This document shows, piece after piece, positions 40,601-49,594 of a stretch of DNA of 64,000 bases. Where the stretch lies: positions 32,001-96,000 of the forward strand of contig CAVVMW010000014.1 of NCBI GenBank assembly GCA_963749495.1, read 5' to 3'. Under the pieces are notes generated by a model. That model was not told the DNA's origin. It did no database searches and saw only the letters and a program-made list of their open reading frames with translations. The DNA comes from an uncultured bacterium (GTDB lineage: Bacteria; Verrucomicrobiota; Verrucomicrobiia; Limisphaerales; UBA8199). Every line of letters starts with the position of its first letter. Within the stretch, counting starts at the first letter, position 1. The translations under genes and the position numbers were made by a program.

Positions 40601-42453
40601 TGCAGCGCGCCGCCCGCGCCAACCAGTTTCAATCCGCGCCCCGCGCTTGCGCGCGGGGCGACTCCAGATTTTGCTCGAGTGTGGCGCGGATTTGGGGTTT
40701 CAATCCGCGCCCCGCGCTTGCGCGCGGGGCGACGCCAACCTCGACACCCTCCGCCGGCACCTCCTCGCGTTTCAATCCGCGCCCCGCGCTTGCGCGCGGG
40801 GCGACAGGTGCACCAAGCACGATAGGCTGCGGAAGCGGAGGTTTCAATCCGCGCCCCGCGCTTGCGCGCGGGGCGACTGGGTACTGGACACCGGAGACGA
40901 ATACTCACCGTGTTTCAATCCGCGCCCCGCGCTTGCGCGCGGGGCGACCCCCGGCCACCAACGCGCCCGCCGCGGCCAAATAAGTTTCAATCCGCGCCCC
41001 GCGCTTGCGCGCGGGGCGACCAGAGCCAGTCGCGGACGCGCCAATACCAGATCGGGTTTCAATCCGCGCCCCGCGCTTGCGCGCGGGGCGACTTCGCGAC
41101 CAACGGCTATGCCCGCGTCTCACTGTGTTTCAATCCGCGCCCCGCGCTTGCGCGCGGGGCGACCTCTCAGCGCACCGATGTCACCGCCCAGCTTGAGGTT
41201 TCAATCCGCGCCCCGCGCTTGCGCGCGGGGCGACGCCAGACCGGCTACAAGCTCACCTCGACCCTCACGTTTCAATCCGCGCCCCGCGCTTGCGCGCGGG
41301 GCGACCCAGACAACGTTGCTGCCGCTAATGCCGCCTTGGGTGTTTCAATCCGCGCCCCGCGCTTGCGCGCGGGGCGACCTGCCGAGGCTGAGGCCATCCT
41401 GCGCGATCTGGAGTTTCAATCCGCGCCCCGCGCTTGCGCGCGGGGCGACTTTTTCCTCGAGACTCAAGCTTGGCCCGGTAGTATTTGTTTCAATCCGCGC
41501 CCCGCGCTTGCGCGCGGGGCGACCGGCCTGCATGGGTCCGCGCGTGGAGAGCTCATATTGTTTCAATCCGCGCCCCGCGCTTGCGCGCGGGGCGACTCCG
41601 GGCCTCGCCTGCGCTGGGCGGCAGCCCGTGGTTTCAATCCGCGCCCCGCGCTTGCGCGCGGGGCGACTATCCACAGGTATTGCTGCGGCCGCGCGAGCTA
41701 CGTTTCAATCCGCGCCCCGCGCTTGCGCGCGGGGCGACTAATCATCGTGGAGCATGAGCTGGAGGACGATGACGTTTCAATCCGCGCCCCGCGCTTGCGC
41801 GCGGGGCGACCGTGCAGTGTCTCGGCCAGTGGCGCGCTCAAGGTGTTTCAATCCGCGCCCCGCGCTTGCGCGCGGGGCGACTAATCCCCGGCGTCCGCTT
41901 CCGGGGCCGCGTTGCGTTTCAATCCGCGCCCCGCGCTTGCGCGCGGGGCGACTCCGGCGCGTCCACGCGGGCGTGGGAGCCAGTCTGTTTCAATCCGCGC
42001 CCCGCGCTTGCGCGCGGGGCGACGAGGCGCGAGACACCGCAGACCACCGACGAGCGCAGTTTCAATCCGCGCCCCGCGCTTGCGCGCGGGGCGACGCGAT
42101 GCCCGCTCACTCGGCGTCCTGGGCAACACAGGTTTCAATCCGCGCCCCGCGCTTGCGCGCGGGGCGACCCACAACAGCCGCAGCGCCCGCCCACCCGTTG
42201 CCGTTTCAATCCGCGCCCCGCGCTTGCGCGCGGGGCGACCAGGCCGTCCCAGCCATCGCGTGGCTTGCGCACGAGTTTCAATCCGCGCCCCGCGCTTGCG
42301 CGCGGGGCGACCAGGAAGGTCCCAGCCTCCCGGCTGCCGATCGGCGTTTCAATCCGCGCCCCGCGCTTGCGCGCGGGGCGACATCATCATCTCGATGCAC
42401 TCGCTGCACTTGAGATGTTTCAATCCGCGCCCCGCGCTTGCGCGCGGGGCGAC
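37690..42453 (-). CRISPR. Type I-C CRISPR array, 67 repeats / 66 spacers by manual count
   Basis: 37-nt repeat GTCGCCCCGCGCGCAAGCGCGGGGCGCGGATTGAAAC with spacers of about 33-37 nt; one variant repeat at about 39342. Confidence 0.98.
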
Positions 42454-42639
42454 TGCGGCCCTTTCTTGCGTCGGGGCCGCAGGGATGTTGTAGCGCAAAC
42501 GCGCGAACCTGCCAAGGAGCGGATGCGTTGACGGATGAATGATGTCAAAGAACAGGTGAAAAGCATTGTGGGGAGCGGCGATGCGGAGAGCGCGAAGTCT
42601 TCCGGGGCGGGCCGGGGCTGTGGGTTCGCGGAGCATGGT
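42454..42639 (-). promoter_or_regulatory. CRISPR leader
   Basis: Non-coding region between cas2 and the first repeat, with inverted cgcgaacc/ggttcgcg motifs. Confidence 0.7.
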
Positions 42640-42930
42640 TCACAGGACCAGCGGCTCCGTGAGGTCCAGGGGCTTGCCCGCTCCGTGGTGCTCGGTGCGC
42701 AGGACAGCCTTTTCGTCCAGAAAGTAGAAGCGCAAAGAGTCTTCATCGGCCTTGATCTCGCGCAGCAAGCGCTCGCGCAGTTGCACCCATTCCTTCTGGC
42801 CCACCTGGCACTCGAAGACGGACTTCTGGACGCGGGTGCCGTAGTCCTGGCAAGCGCGGGCCACCCGCCGCAACCGGCGGTGCCCGGCTTTCTCGACGGT
42901 GGCGACATCGTAAGTGACAAGCACAAACAT
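42640..42930 (-). CDS. cas2: CRISPR-associated Cas2
   Basis: MFVLVTYDV...RVQKSVFEC...DSLRFY. Confidence 0.96.
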   Translation of the reverse strand: MFVLVTYDVATVEKAGHRRLRRVARACQDYGTRVQKSVFECQVGQKEWVQLRERLLREIKADEDSLRFYFLDEKAVLRTEHHGAGKPLDLTEPLVL

Positions 42931-42939
42931 GGGGCCTCC

Positions 42940-44025
42940 TCATTTGGGAACGAGCGGGACGTAATGCGGCAGGTCGCCGCGGAGGTGGCGGGCCAGCATG
43001 CGCGCCTGGATGAAGGGGAGCTGGCCGATCCGCAGGTTCTGCTCCAGCAACGGATGGGAGAGCGTCTCCCGCTTTCGTTCCTGGTAGGCCTGGATGACGA
43101 GCTTGCGGGCGGCGTCGGTGAACTCGACCGCGCCGCCCTCACGCTCCTTGAAGTGCTCGGGCCGGCCTGCTGCCGGTTTATGAGCGTCACCGCCAGCCGG
43201 TCCGCCAGCCAGGGCCGGAATTCTTCCATGAGGTCCAGGGCGAGCGAGGGGCGATTGGGCCGGTCGGCGTGGAGGAACCCGACGAACGGGTCCAACCCGG
43301 CGCTCGTGAGGGCGGCCACGCAATCGTGCCGGACCAGGGCATAAATGAAGGAGAGCAGGCAATTGATGCGGTCGCGCGGAGGCCGGCGGCTGCGGGCGGC
43401 GAAGGCAAAATGCTCCCGCTGCTGCTTGAGCAAGAGTGTGAACACTGAAAAGTAGCCTTGCGACGCCATGCCCTCCGCGCCGCGCACCATATCGAGGCCG
43501 GTTTGCAGGGCCAGGTATTGAATCTGCCGGGCCATCGCGTCGGCCGCCTGGGCGAGTTCCCCGCGTTCGGCCTGGCTCTCCGTCTCACGGGCCGCCCGCA
43601 GGATGCTGTTGCGCGAATTCTGAATCTTGCCGGCCACGATCTGCCGCGCAATCTCCAGGCACCTGGCCGGGTCGTCGGCCGCCCGGAACTGCGTGCGGCG
43701 CAGCGTCACGCTTGTGTCGGCAACGCCGGTCAAGCGGGCCTGCAAATAGCCGTTCTCGGTGAGGAAATTCACGGCCACGCCGTGCTCCCAGCACAGGTCC
43801 AGCGCCGGGGGACTGACGGTGCTGGGGCCAAAGACACAAATCAATTCGAGGTGATGGATGGGGATGGAAAGTTTGCGCCAATCAATGGCGTTGGCGCGGG
43901 TCCGCTGGTGCCGGCTCGAGGTCCGGCGGGAAGGACGGCACTTCCACCTGCAAGGTGAGATGGTCGCGGCCCACGTAGGAGGACGGCGTGATCAGGTAGA
44001 GTGTGTTGAGCTGGAGGTCGGCCAT
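42940..44025 (-). CDS. cas1: Type I-C Cas1, with frameshifts near 43870-43900 and 43165
   Basis: LNTLYL, VRGAEG, RRPPRDRINCLLSFIY, GFLH, LALDLMEEFRP, IQARMLARHLRGD, spread over several frames. Confidence 0.92.
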
Positions 44026-44047
44026 AGGGATTAAGTGGTCATGAACA

Positions 44048-44816
44048 CTAGGTTTTGAAGAGGGCCGCCGCCGCCCGGTTGACACTGTCGGGGTTGCCGC
44101 AAAGTTCCGGCAGGCAAACCGCGTAGAGGGAACACTCCTTGCAGGCGGGCTTGAAAACCGCCGTCGGCAGTTCCGGGCCGGGCGCGGGCAATGGGGCAGG
44201 GACGAGTGTCGAGGGTCGAGGGCTGCGCCACTCCGCACTCCGCACCAAAGTCTGTTGAGCGGAACGAAATCCCGACTGGTCGGGACACTCCGCACTCCAT
44301 GGCCGCAAGGGCATGCAGGGCGGCGATCCCCTCCATTGTGAGTTGCCGCAGCGCGGGCGTGAACTCGACCTCGCGCCGGCGCTTGCTCTGGGCATGAAAG
44401 ACCGCCCCCGCCGGAACGGGGACGCCGAACATTTCCTCCAGGCACAGCGCCTGCGCGCAGAGCTGGGCATCGTCGTTGGCCCACTGCCGCCGCGGCCCCA
44501 CCTTGAACTCGACAGGGCACAGGCTCCCATCCAGATGGCGCTCAACAATGTCGCATTTGCCGTTGAGGCCCAGGCGGTCCGACCACACGGGCAGCGCGCG
44601 CAGCAGCGTCACCCCGCGCACCACCTCGTAGCCGGGCAGGTCGCTGTGCTCGTGCGCGATGTCCCCGCGCTCGGTGTGTACATTGGCCTCCCGCCGCCCC
44701 TCGACCAGCTTCAGCGCCGCCCGGCGCGGGCAATAGAGATAATCGTTGAGCAGCGAGAGCGGCAGCGGCTCCGGCGCCTCGGCCGGCTGCGCTTTGGGGT
44801 TTTCCACCGGGGTCAT
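44048..44816 (-). CDS. cas4: Cas4 with an internal repeat insertion and frameshift
   Basis: YLYCPRR, KCDIVE, PVEFK, QLCAQALCLEEM; C-terminal CKECSLYAVCLPE lies in another frame. Confidence 0.9.
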
Positions 44817-44845
44817 AAACCAAAATCCGGCAGTTCGGTTTTTTC

Positions 44846-44970
44846 AACCACAGATGGATACGGACAAACACGGATGCGCAAATGCGCAAAGGGGCTCACC
44901 CTATGCGCGCACGCGGCTTGTTGGGTTTCCTCTGTGAATCCGTGTTGATCCGTGTTCATCTGTGGTTGAA
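44846..44970. repeat. Inverted-repeat miniature element (caaccacagatg...catctgtggttg)
   Basis: Palindromic ends with internal short tandem units. Confidence 0.7.
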
Positions 44971-44979
44971 CTGCGGTTT

Positions 44980-45270
44980 TCAGGATAAATCGCCGCAAAT
45001 TGGCGCGCGGTGCGCGAAGAGATCCTCTGGCTCTTTGCCCGTGACCTGCAGCCACAATGCATCGGCGCAGAGGTCCAGTTCGCCAGGCCAACTGAGCGTG
45101 CGGCCATGCTCTCCGATGCTGGCCTGACGGAAGAAACCATAATCGGTCCAGGCAGCAAAAACCCCCTTCCCCACCTCGGCCGAGAAGTCAGCCTGGCCGT
45201 CCGCGCCGTCATCGAAACGGAGCCGGACTCGGTAATTGTCCAGCACCTCGAAAGCGGTGATTCTTTTCAT
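44980..45270 (-). CDS. DUF2442-family protein
   Basis: YRVRLRFDDG...GKGVF...TLSWPGELDLCADALW. Confidence 0.85.
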   Translation of the reverse strand: MKRITAFEVLDNYRVRLRFDDGADGQADFSAEVGKGVFAAWTDYGFFRQASIGEHGRTLSWPGELDLCADALWLQVTGKEPEDLFAHRAPICGDLS

Positions 45271-45607
45271 AAGATTACAGTGGCACGTCAGGGCCGCGCA
45301 GCCGCGAGCAGGAGCCGAGCGGGAACCGCCGCCCGCACCGCGCTAAGCATGCCTGCGAAAATGAGTTCCGGCGCGCTTGCTGCGGATGGAGCCAAAGCGC
45401 GGGGATGCCGCGCACTCCAGACGCTTCGCGAGCTCAAACGCGCGTCCCTGCTTCGCGAAGCGTTTGGAGTGCGGCGCATTCCGCCGCTCTCAGCGCCCTG
45501 GCGCCCAGGCCCGCATCCCGAGCCTGCCTTTCCCTCGCGGCCCGCAGCCGTCGTGTTGAAATGTTGGCCTTGCGCCTCAATCCCGGGATTTGCTCTTGCG
45601 CGCACCC

Positions 45608-46624
45608 TCAAGCACTGGCGGCATTTTCCGCACGCAGTGGAATGTTGTTGCAGAGAGCATGGAATCTGACCTTCTCGAAGCCGGGAAGGGGCTCGCCATC
45701 TTTTGGCAACGACTCAAAGCAATAGTCAGTGACGTTGCGGGGAATCACCTTCTCGTCAACGCGCTTTGGCCGCGGAATCATTTGAAACAGCTGGTGGGAT
45801 GGTGCATTGCCCAAGGAATCTGTGTGTTCAAAGACGAAGAGGGCCTGCGCGTGCATCTCCCCCCGGCTGGCTGAATGGTCGAACTCAAACATGTTCGCCA
45901 AGGCCCGATACAGAGCGGCCAGGTCGCCAGCCTTGAAGCCAGTGCCGTTGGTGACGTTAAGCTCCTGGCTGGCTAGGAATGGATTGTAGAAGCCGTGCAG
46001 GCAGTAGAGAGCGTAGTTCACCAGCGCCTTGCGGCCCATTTCTGTCTGCTTGCGCTCAAAGTCCTCTGGAGTGGTGATGGCGATCCGGGTGATGGAACAG
46101 TCCATTTGAAAAATCGGATCAACCGAACGACTGAACCCGATTTGGATTGGGCCACGGACTTGGCCTGCATTTGCTCCCGTGGACATCACGGCCCCGAACG
46201 TGCGGATGTCAAAGAACTTTTCCATCATCCATTTCTTTGCGGTTTCGCGGTCCTGGCGGTTACGCTCGCCCTCGGTCTCCTTGCCATTCTTATCCTTGTT
46301 TATGGGTGGCTTTGGCTCGGCTTTCGATATGAGACTGTTCAACGCTTCGGTGTTCTGTATGAAAATTCGGTAGGGCGATTGGTTGTCCGCCCACATTTGG
46401 ATCGTGTTCCGAATCTTCCGTTTGATGCAAACGTCCGTGACGAGGCCGTGCTGCGTTTCTGGATCAATGCGCGGAAGATTTCCGGCATCGGGGTCACCGT
46501 TCGGATTGCAGTCAAGCGCGTCGAAGAAAAAGACGAATTCTTGGCGGCCCATGACTGTCTGGTCTCTGCCCATCTTGTCGAGCGTGTCGAGGTATTTGTG
46601 TTTTGGTGTTTCGGGTGTTTTCAT
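45608..46624 (-). CDS. cas7: Type I-C Cas7 (Csd2)
   Basis: NPNGDPDAGNLPRID, TDVCIKRKIRN, FFDIRTFGAV, GQVRGPIQ, MGRK. Confidence 0.96.
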   Translation of the reverse strand: MKTPETPKHKYLDTLDKMGRDQTVMGRQEFVFFFDALDCNPNGDPDAGNLPRIDPETQHGLVTDVCIKRKIRNTIQMWADNQSPYRIFIQNTEALNSLISKAEPKPPINKDKNGKETEGERNRQDRETAKKWMMEKFFDIRTFGAVMSTGANAGQVRGPIQIGFSRSVDPIFQMDCSITRIAITTPEDFERKQTEMGRKALVNYALYCLHGFYNPFLASQELNVTNGTGFKAGDLAALYRALANMFEFDHSASRGEMHAQALFVFEHTDSLGNAPSHQLFQMIPRPKRVDEKVIPRNVTDYCFESLPKDGEPLPGFEKVRFHALCNNIPLRAENAASA

Positions 46625-46658
46625 GTTCGATTTGAGCGCGTTCAAAGTTTTGTTGGGT

Positions 46659-48716
46659 TCACTCGGATTCAGCAGCCGGAGCTTCCGAGGCTTCCTGGTC
46701 CGGCAGATCGGCAAGCAGAGAAACATCAAAACGGGCGCGGTTCACAAAGTCTTCCAAGGCCGCCAACTCCGTCTTGCTTTCTTCGGCGAGCGTCCCCTCC
46801 TTTCGCTGCTTCCTGAGCTTGGCGTAACGGGACACGAGGAAGAAGTATTGACGCTGATGGTGAAACCCGAGGATGAAAACTCCGGCCTCTTTCGGTGTCA
46901 GGGTGGGCGGATACGTTTTCAATTTGCTCAGGATCTCGTCAAGCAGTTTCTCAAGTTGCAGGGACTTCGTGGGCAGGTCCCGTTTGAGCTTGTTCAGATG
47001 ATGGCGGGAATTCCGATAAACCACCGGTAAGACACTACACGGGGCTGAGGATGCGCTTCCCATGTAGCGGTCTGCCACGGTCAATTTGCCGGGCTTTCCG
47101 CGCTCGCTGCTGTTTGACCATCGCATGGCGTCGTCGCAAACAGCGAGCAGACGACCGCAATGGTATTCGGGTTCTTGCCGGTCCACGTCGAGACCGACCT
47201 CGAATGGTTCTTCGTTGTTTTTCATAAGCCGATTCAGGGCCAGGCGCAGGAGCGCCATTCGGGCGGTTTTGAGTTTGTAGTCGCCGGTTGGATTCTCTTT
47301 CTCGAATTCAGTTTGCGGGAGGATGCGGACTCGGTTGACCAGCATTTGCAGCACCGCCGGGGGGACGGGCTTGCGCAAGAAGGCGCTCAAGAACAAGCCA
47401 GAAGAAACGACTGGCGGGAACTTCCATTCGTCGCCGGCTTGGCCGGGCTGCCGGACGGTCACTTGGCAAAGGCGGACAAGGGGCAACGGCTTGTAGCTCG
47501 GGCCATATTCTGCGAAACGGTCCTTCAAGTCCTCAAACCACGCTTTAAGATTCTGCGCGACCTTCTCGACATTGGTTTCGCTCCAATAACGAATGAGGGT
47601 TCGCAGCCTGCTGGAACGTGAAAATCCCAAGATGTAGAATTTGCGCTCCGCGATTTCCTTCGGGATGCCGCGGCGAACGCTCTGCAAAAGCTCCTTGACA
47701 GATTGGGGTTCAGCATCGCTGATACTTCCGAAATCGAATCCCGTTGGGTCTTTTGACCAAAACGCGAACATCACCGGGGCAACGCTATCTGCTTCGCCAG
47801 GCTTCGGTTTCCCGGCGCGGACGAGGTAATGCGTGGCCGGATTCCTCAGGAGCGCCTCGATCCCTCGGATGGCGGCCTTCATGCAATCAAAACAGAGGGA
47901 CGCGTTTTCTCCGTCTTCAAAGCCGTATGAATGGAACGCATCTTTCCCATAACAGATCAGGTAGGTCTTTCCGCCGGGCAGCCCCTCGTATTGATCGAAC
48001 GTGGGAACGGCGGGTTTTGATTGTCCACAGCAGATGCAAGCCGGGGTTTCACCATGCACAGATGCTTTCTGCCGTCCGGCGTTTATCTTTGAAAAGTGGC
48101 TGCTCCAATACCGACGCACATTGGGACTGGCTTGGAACGCCGGAAGCAGATTGTCCTCCTTCAAACACACCGCAATGCGCTCCTTCGGTTTCTTTACAAC
48201 AAATCTCCTTTCGGCAGCGTCCTCCTTGATGACCAGTTTGCCCGAGCCCCGAGGCGGATTCTCATCCCAAATCACTTGGATTTTCCCTGCGCTTAAGTTG
48301 TCGAAGAATTTCCTGATGCCTTGGGCACGCGAGTCGTCTGGGAAGGCCTCCGCAAACTCTTTGATTCTGGCCATGTGGGAATCGCGGTTTTTCGCCCCAA
48401 GTTCACTTTCGGAAATCCCAAAGTAGTATTCCAGATTGTCAGCCAGGAATTGAGGGTTGCCGCCTGACGAGCGCGAATTGATCACCTCCCTCGGAACGCC
48501 ATGGAGCGGCTCGAATCTGTCCGGTTTCCTCTTCCCCTTCTCATCTCGCTGCTCAACACCTCGGTAATGCAAATTGATGAAGTGCCCATCACGATCAATC
48601 TCCAACAGCCAGTGAATCGCCACATTGTCGGCAAAGGCATCGGCACTGATCCCATCTTCGCCGGGCGGCCTCACGCTTTCGCTGTCGCCGTATTCTCGCA
48701 ATGCTTGCAGGATCAT
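46659..48716 (-). CDS. cas8c: Type I-C large subunit Cas8c (Csd1), divergent
   Basis: MILQALREY, FLADNLEY, AFHSYG, YHCGRLLAV, FILGFHHQ; located between cas5 and cas7. Confidence 0.9.
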   Translation of the reverse strand: MILQALREYGDSESVRPPGEDGISADAFADNVAIHWLLEIDRDGHFINLHYRGVEQRDEKGKRKPDRFEPLHGVPREVINSRSSGGNPQFLADNLEYYFGISESELGAKNRDSHMARIKEFAEAFPDDSRAQGIRKFFDNLSAGKIQVIWDENPPRGSGKLVIKEDAAERRFVVKKPKERIAVCLKEDNLLPAFQASPNVRRYWSSHFSKINAGRQKASVHGETPACICCGQSKPAVPTFDQYEGLPGGKTYLICYGKDAFHSYGFEDGENASLCFDCMKAAIRGIEALLRNPATHYLVRAGKPKPGEADSVAPVMFAFWSKDPTGFDFGSISDAEPQSVKELLQSVRRGIPKEIAERKFYILGFSRSSRLRTLIRYWSETNVEKVAQNLKAWFEDLKDRFAEYGPSYKPLPLVRLCQVTVRQPGQAGDEWKFPPVVSSGLFLSAFLRKPVPPAVLQMLVNRVRILPQTEFEKENPTGDYKLKTARMALLRLALNRLMKNNEEPFEVGLDVDRQEPEYHCGRLLAVCDDAMRWSNSSERGKPGKLTVADRYMGSASSAPCSVLPVVYRNSRHHLNKLKRDLPTKSLQLEKLLDEILSKLKTYPPTLTPKEAGVFILGFHHQRQYFFLVSRYAKLRKQRKEGTLAEESKTELAALEDFVNRARFDVSLLADLPDQEASEAPAAESE

Positions 48717-49594
48717 GATTCCAGCCCTCCTTTCTCCATTGTCCCCTCGTGAAGCCGCCCCGCTTGGCGCAGTGCGTCCTTTCGAGCATCCAGCACCCCC
48801 TGTTTGACGATTGCATCAAAGAATTCAGCGTGGATGCGCTGGCCGTCGTTCGTGTAGGTGATATCGTAAAGCATCCGGCCAATCGGCTCGCCCACCTCGC
48901 CAACTCCGTAAGTTCTCAGCGGTTCGCCTGGCAGCAGTTCGCCCTCGTCATCGGCGACCTCGGCATCAACCGGGCTGAAGTGGGCGAAAAGCTCGCGGCA
49001 GCCGAGCGACGGCCGATGGAAGCATTGCCCCTTGGCGACTCGCCGCGTGAAGGCGGCTTGGTATTTGCGGGTGCTGTCAACCGGACGTAGGCCGCCAAAG
49101 CGGCTCCTCAGCTTGGCTTTTTCGCGCTGGAGAACGATTCTGGCAAAGATGTTGTACCCCACGTCTGCCATCGCCAACATGTTTCGCTGAGTGCAGTTCT
49201 CCTCTTGGCCGAGGAGCGGGTTGTGTAGGCTCATCTGCCTCTTGATTCCCTTTTCCTCTCGATATCTCCCTTTGATGTCAGAGAGCAAATGCTCCACCGC
49301 TTCATGGCCCGTCAGCCATTTGTCCTCGGCGCGTTTCAAATCAACCACCTTCTGCACCTCGTTGCGCCGAATGGAAACGAAACGGAGTGGGCGGAGCACC
49401 TCGATGCGCGTAATGGCGTAGCTGAATTCGGGCTTGAACAGGATCGCCTCCAGAATGCCGCGCGCGGCAGATGGTGTCATGACGGGATAGGAAACGCGCT
49501 CGACTTTGAATTCGGGCCGCGTGAAACAGGCGAGCGCGCCCCACACTTTGACCGAGACTTCGCCAAGAGGCGGTTTGCAGTATTCTTTGTTCAT
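48713..49594 (-). CDS. cas5: Type I-C Cas5 (Cas5d)
   Basis: WGALACFTRPEFKVERVSYPVMTPSAARGILEAI, GQCFHRPSLGCRE. Confidence 0.96.
   Translation of the reverse strand: MNKEYCKPPLGEVSVKVWGALACFTRPEFKVERVSYPVMTPSAARGILEAILFKPEFSYAITRIEVLRPLRFVSIRRNEVQKVVDLKRAEDKWLTGHEAVEHLLSDIKGRYREEKGIKRQMSLHNPLLGQEENCTQRNMLAMADVGYNIFARIVLQREKAKLRSRFGGLRPVDSTRKYQAAFTRRVAKGQCFHRPSLGCRELFAHFSPVDAEVADDEGELLPGEPLRTYGVGEVGEPIGRMLYDITYTNDGQRIHAEFFDAIVKQGVLDARKDALRQAGRLHEGTMEKGGLES

Noticed and set aside
37751..42531. Long ORFs across the CRISPR array (e.g. 641 aa, 473 aa)
   Set aside because: Translations of the stop-poor repeat (VSIRAPRLRAGR, FQSAPRACARGD), not genes.
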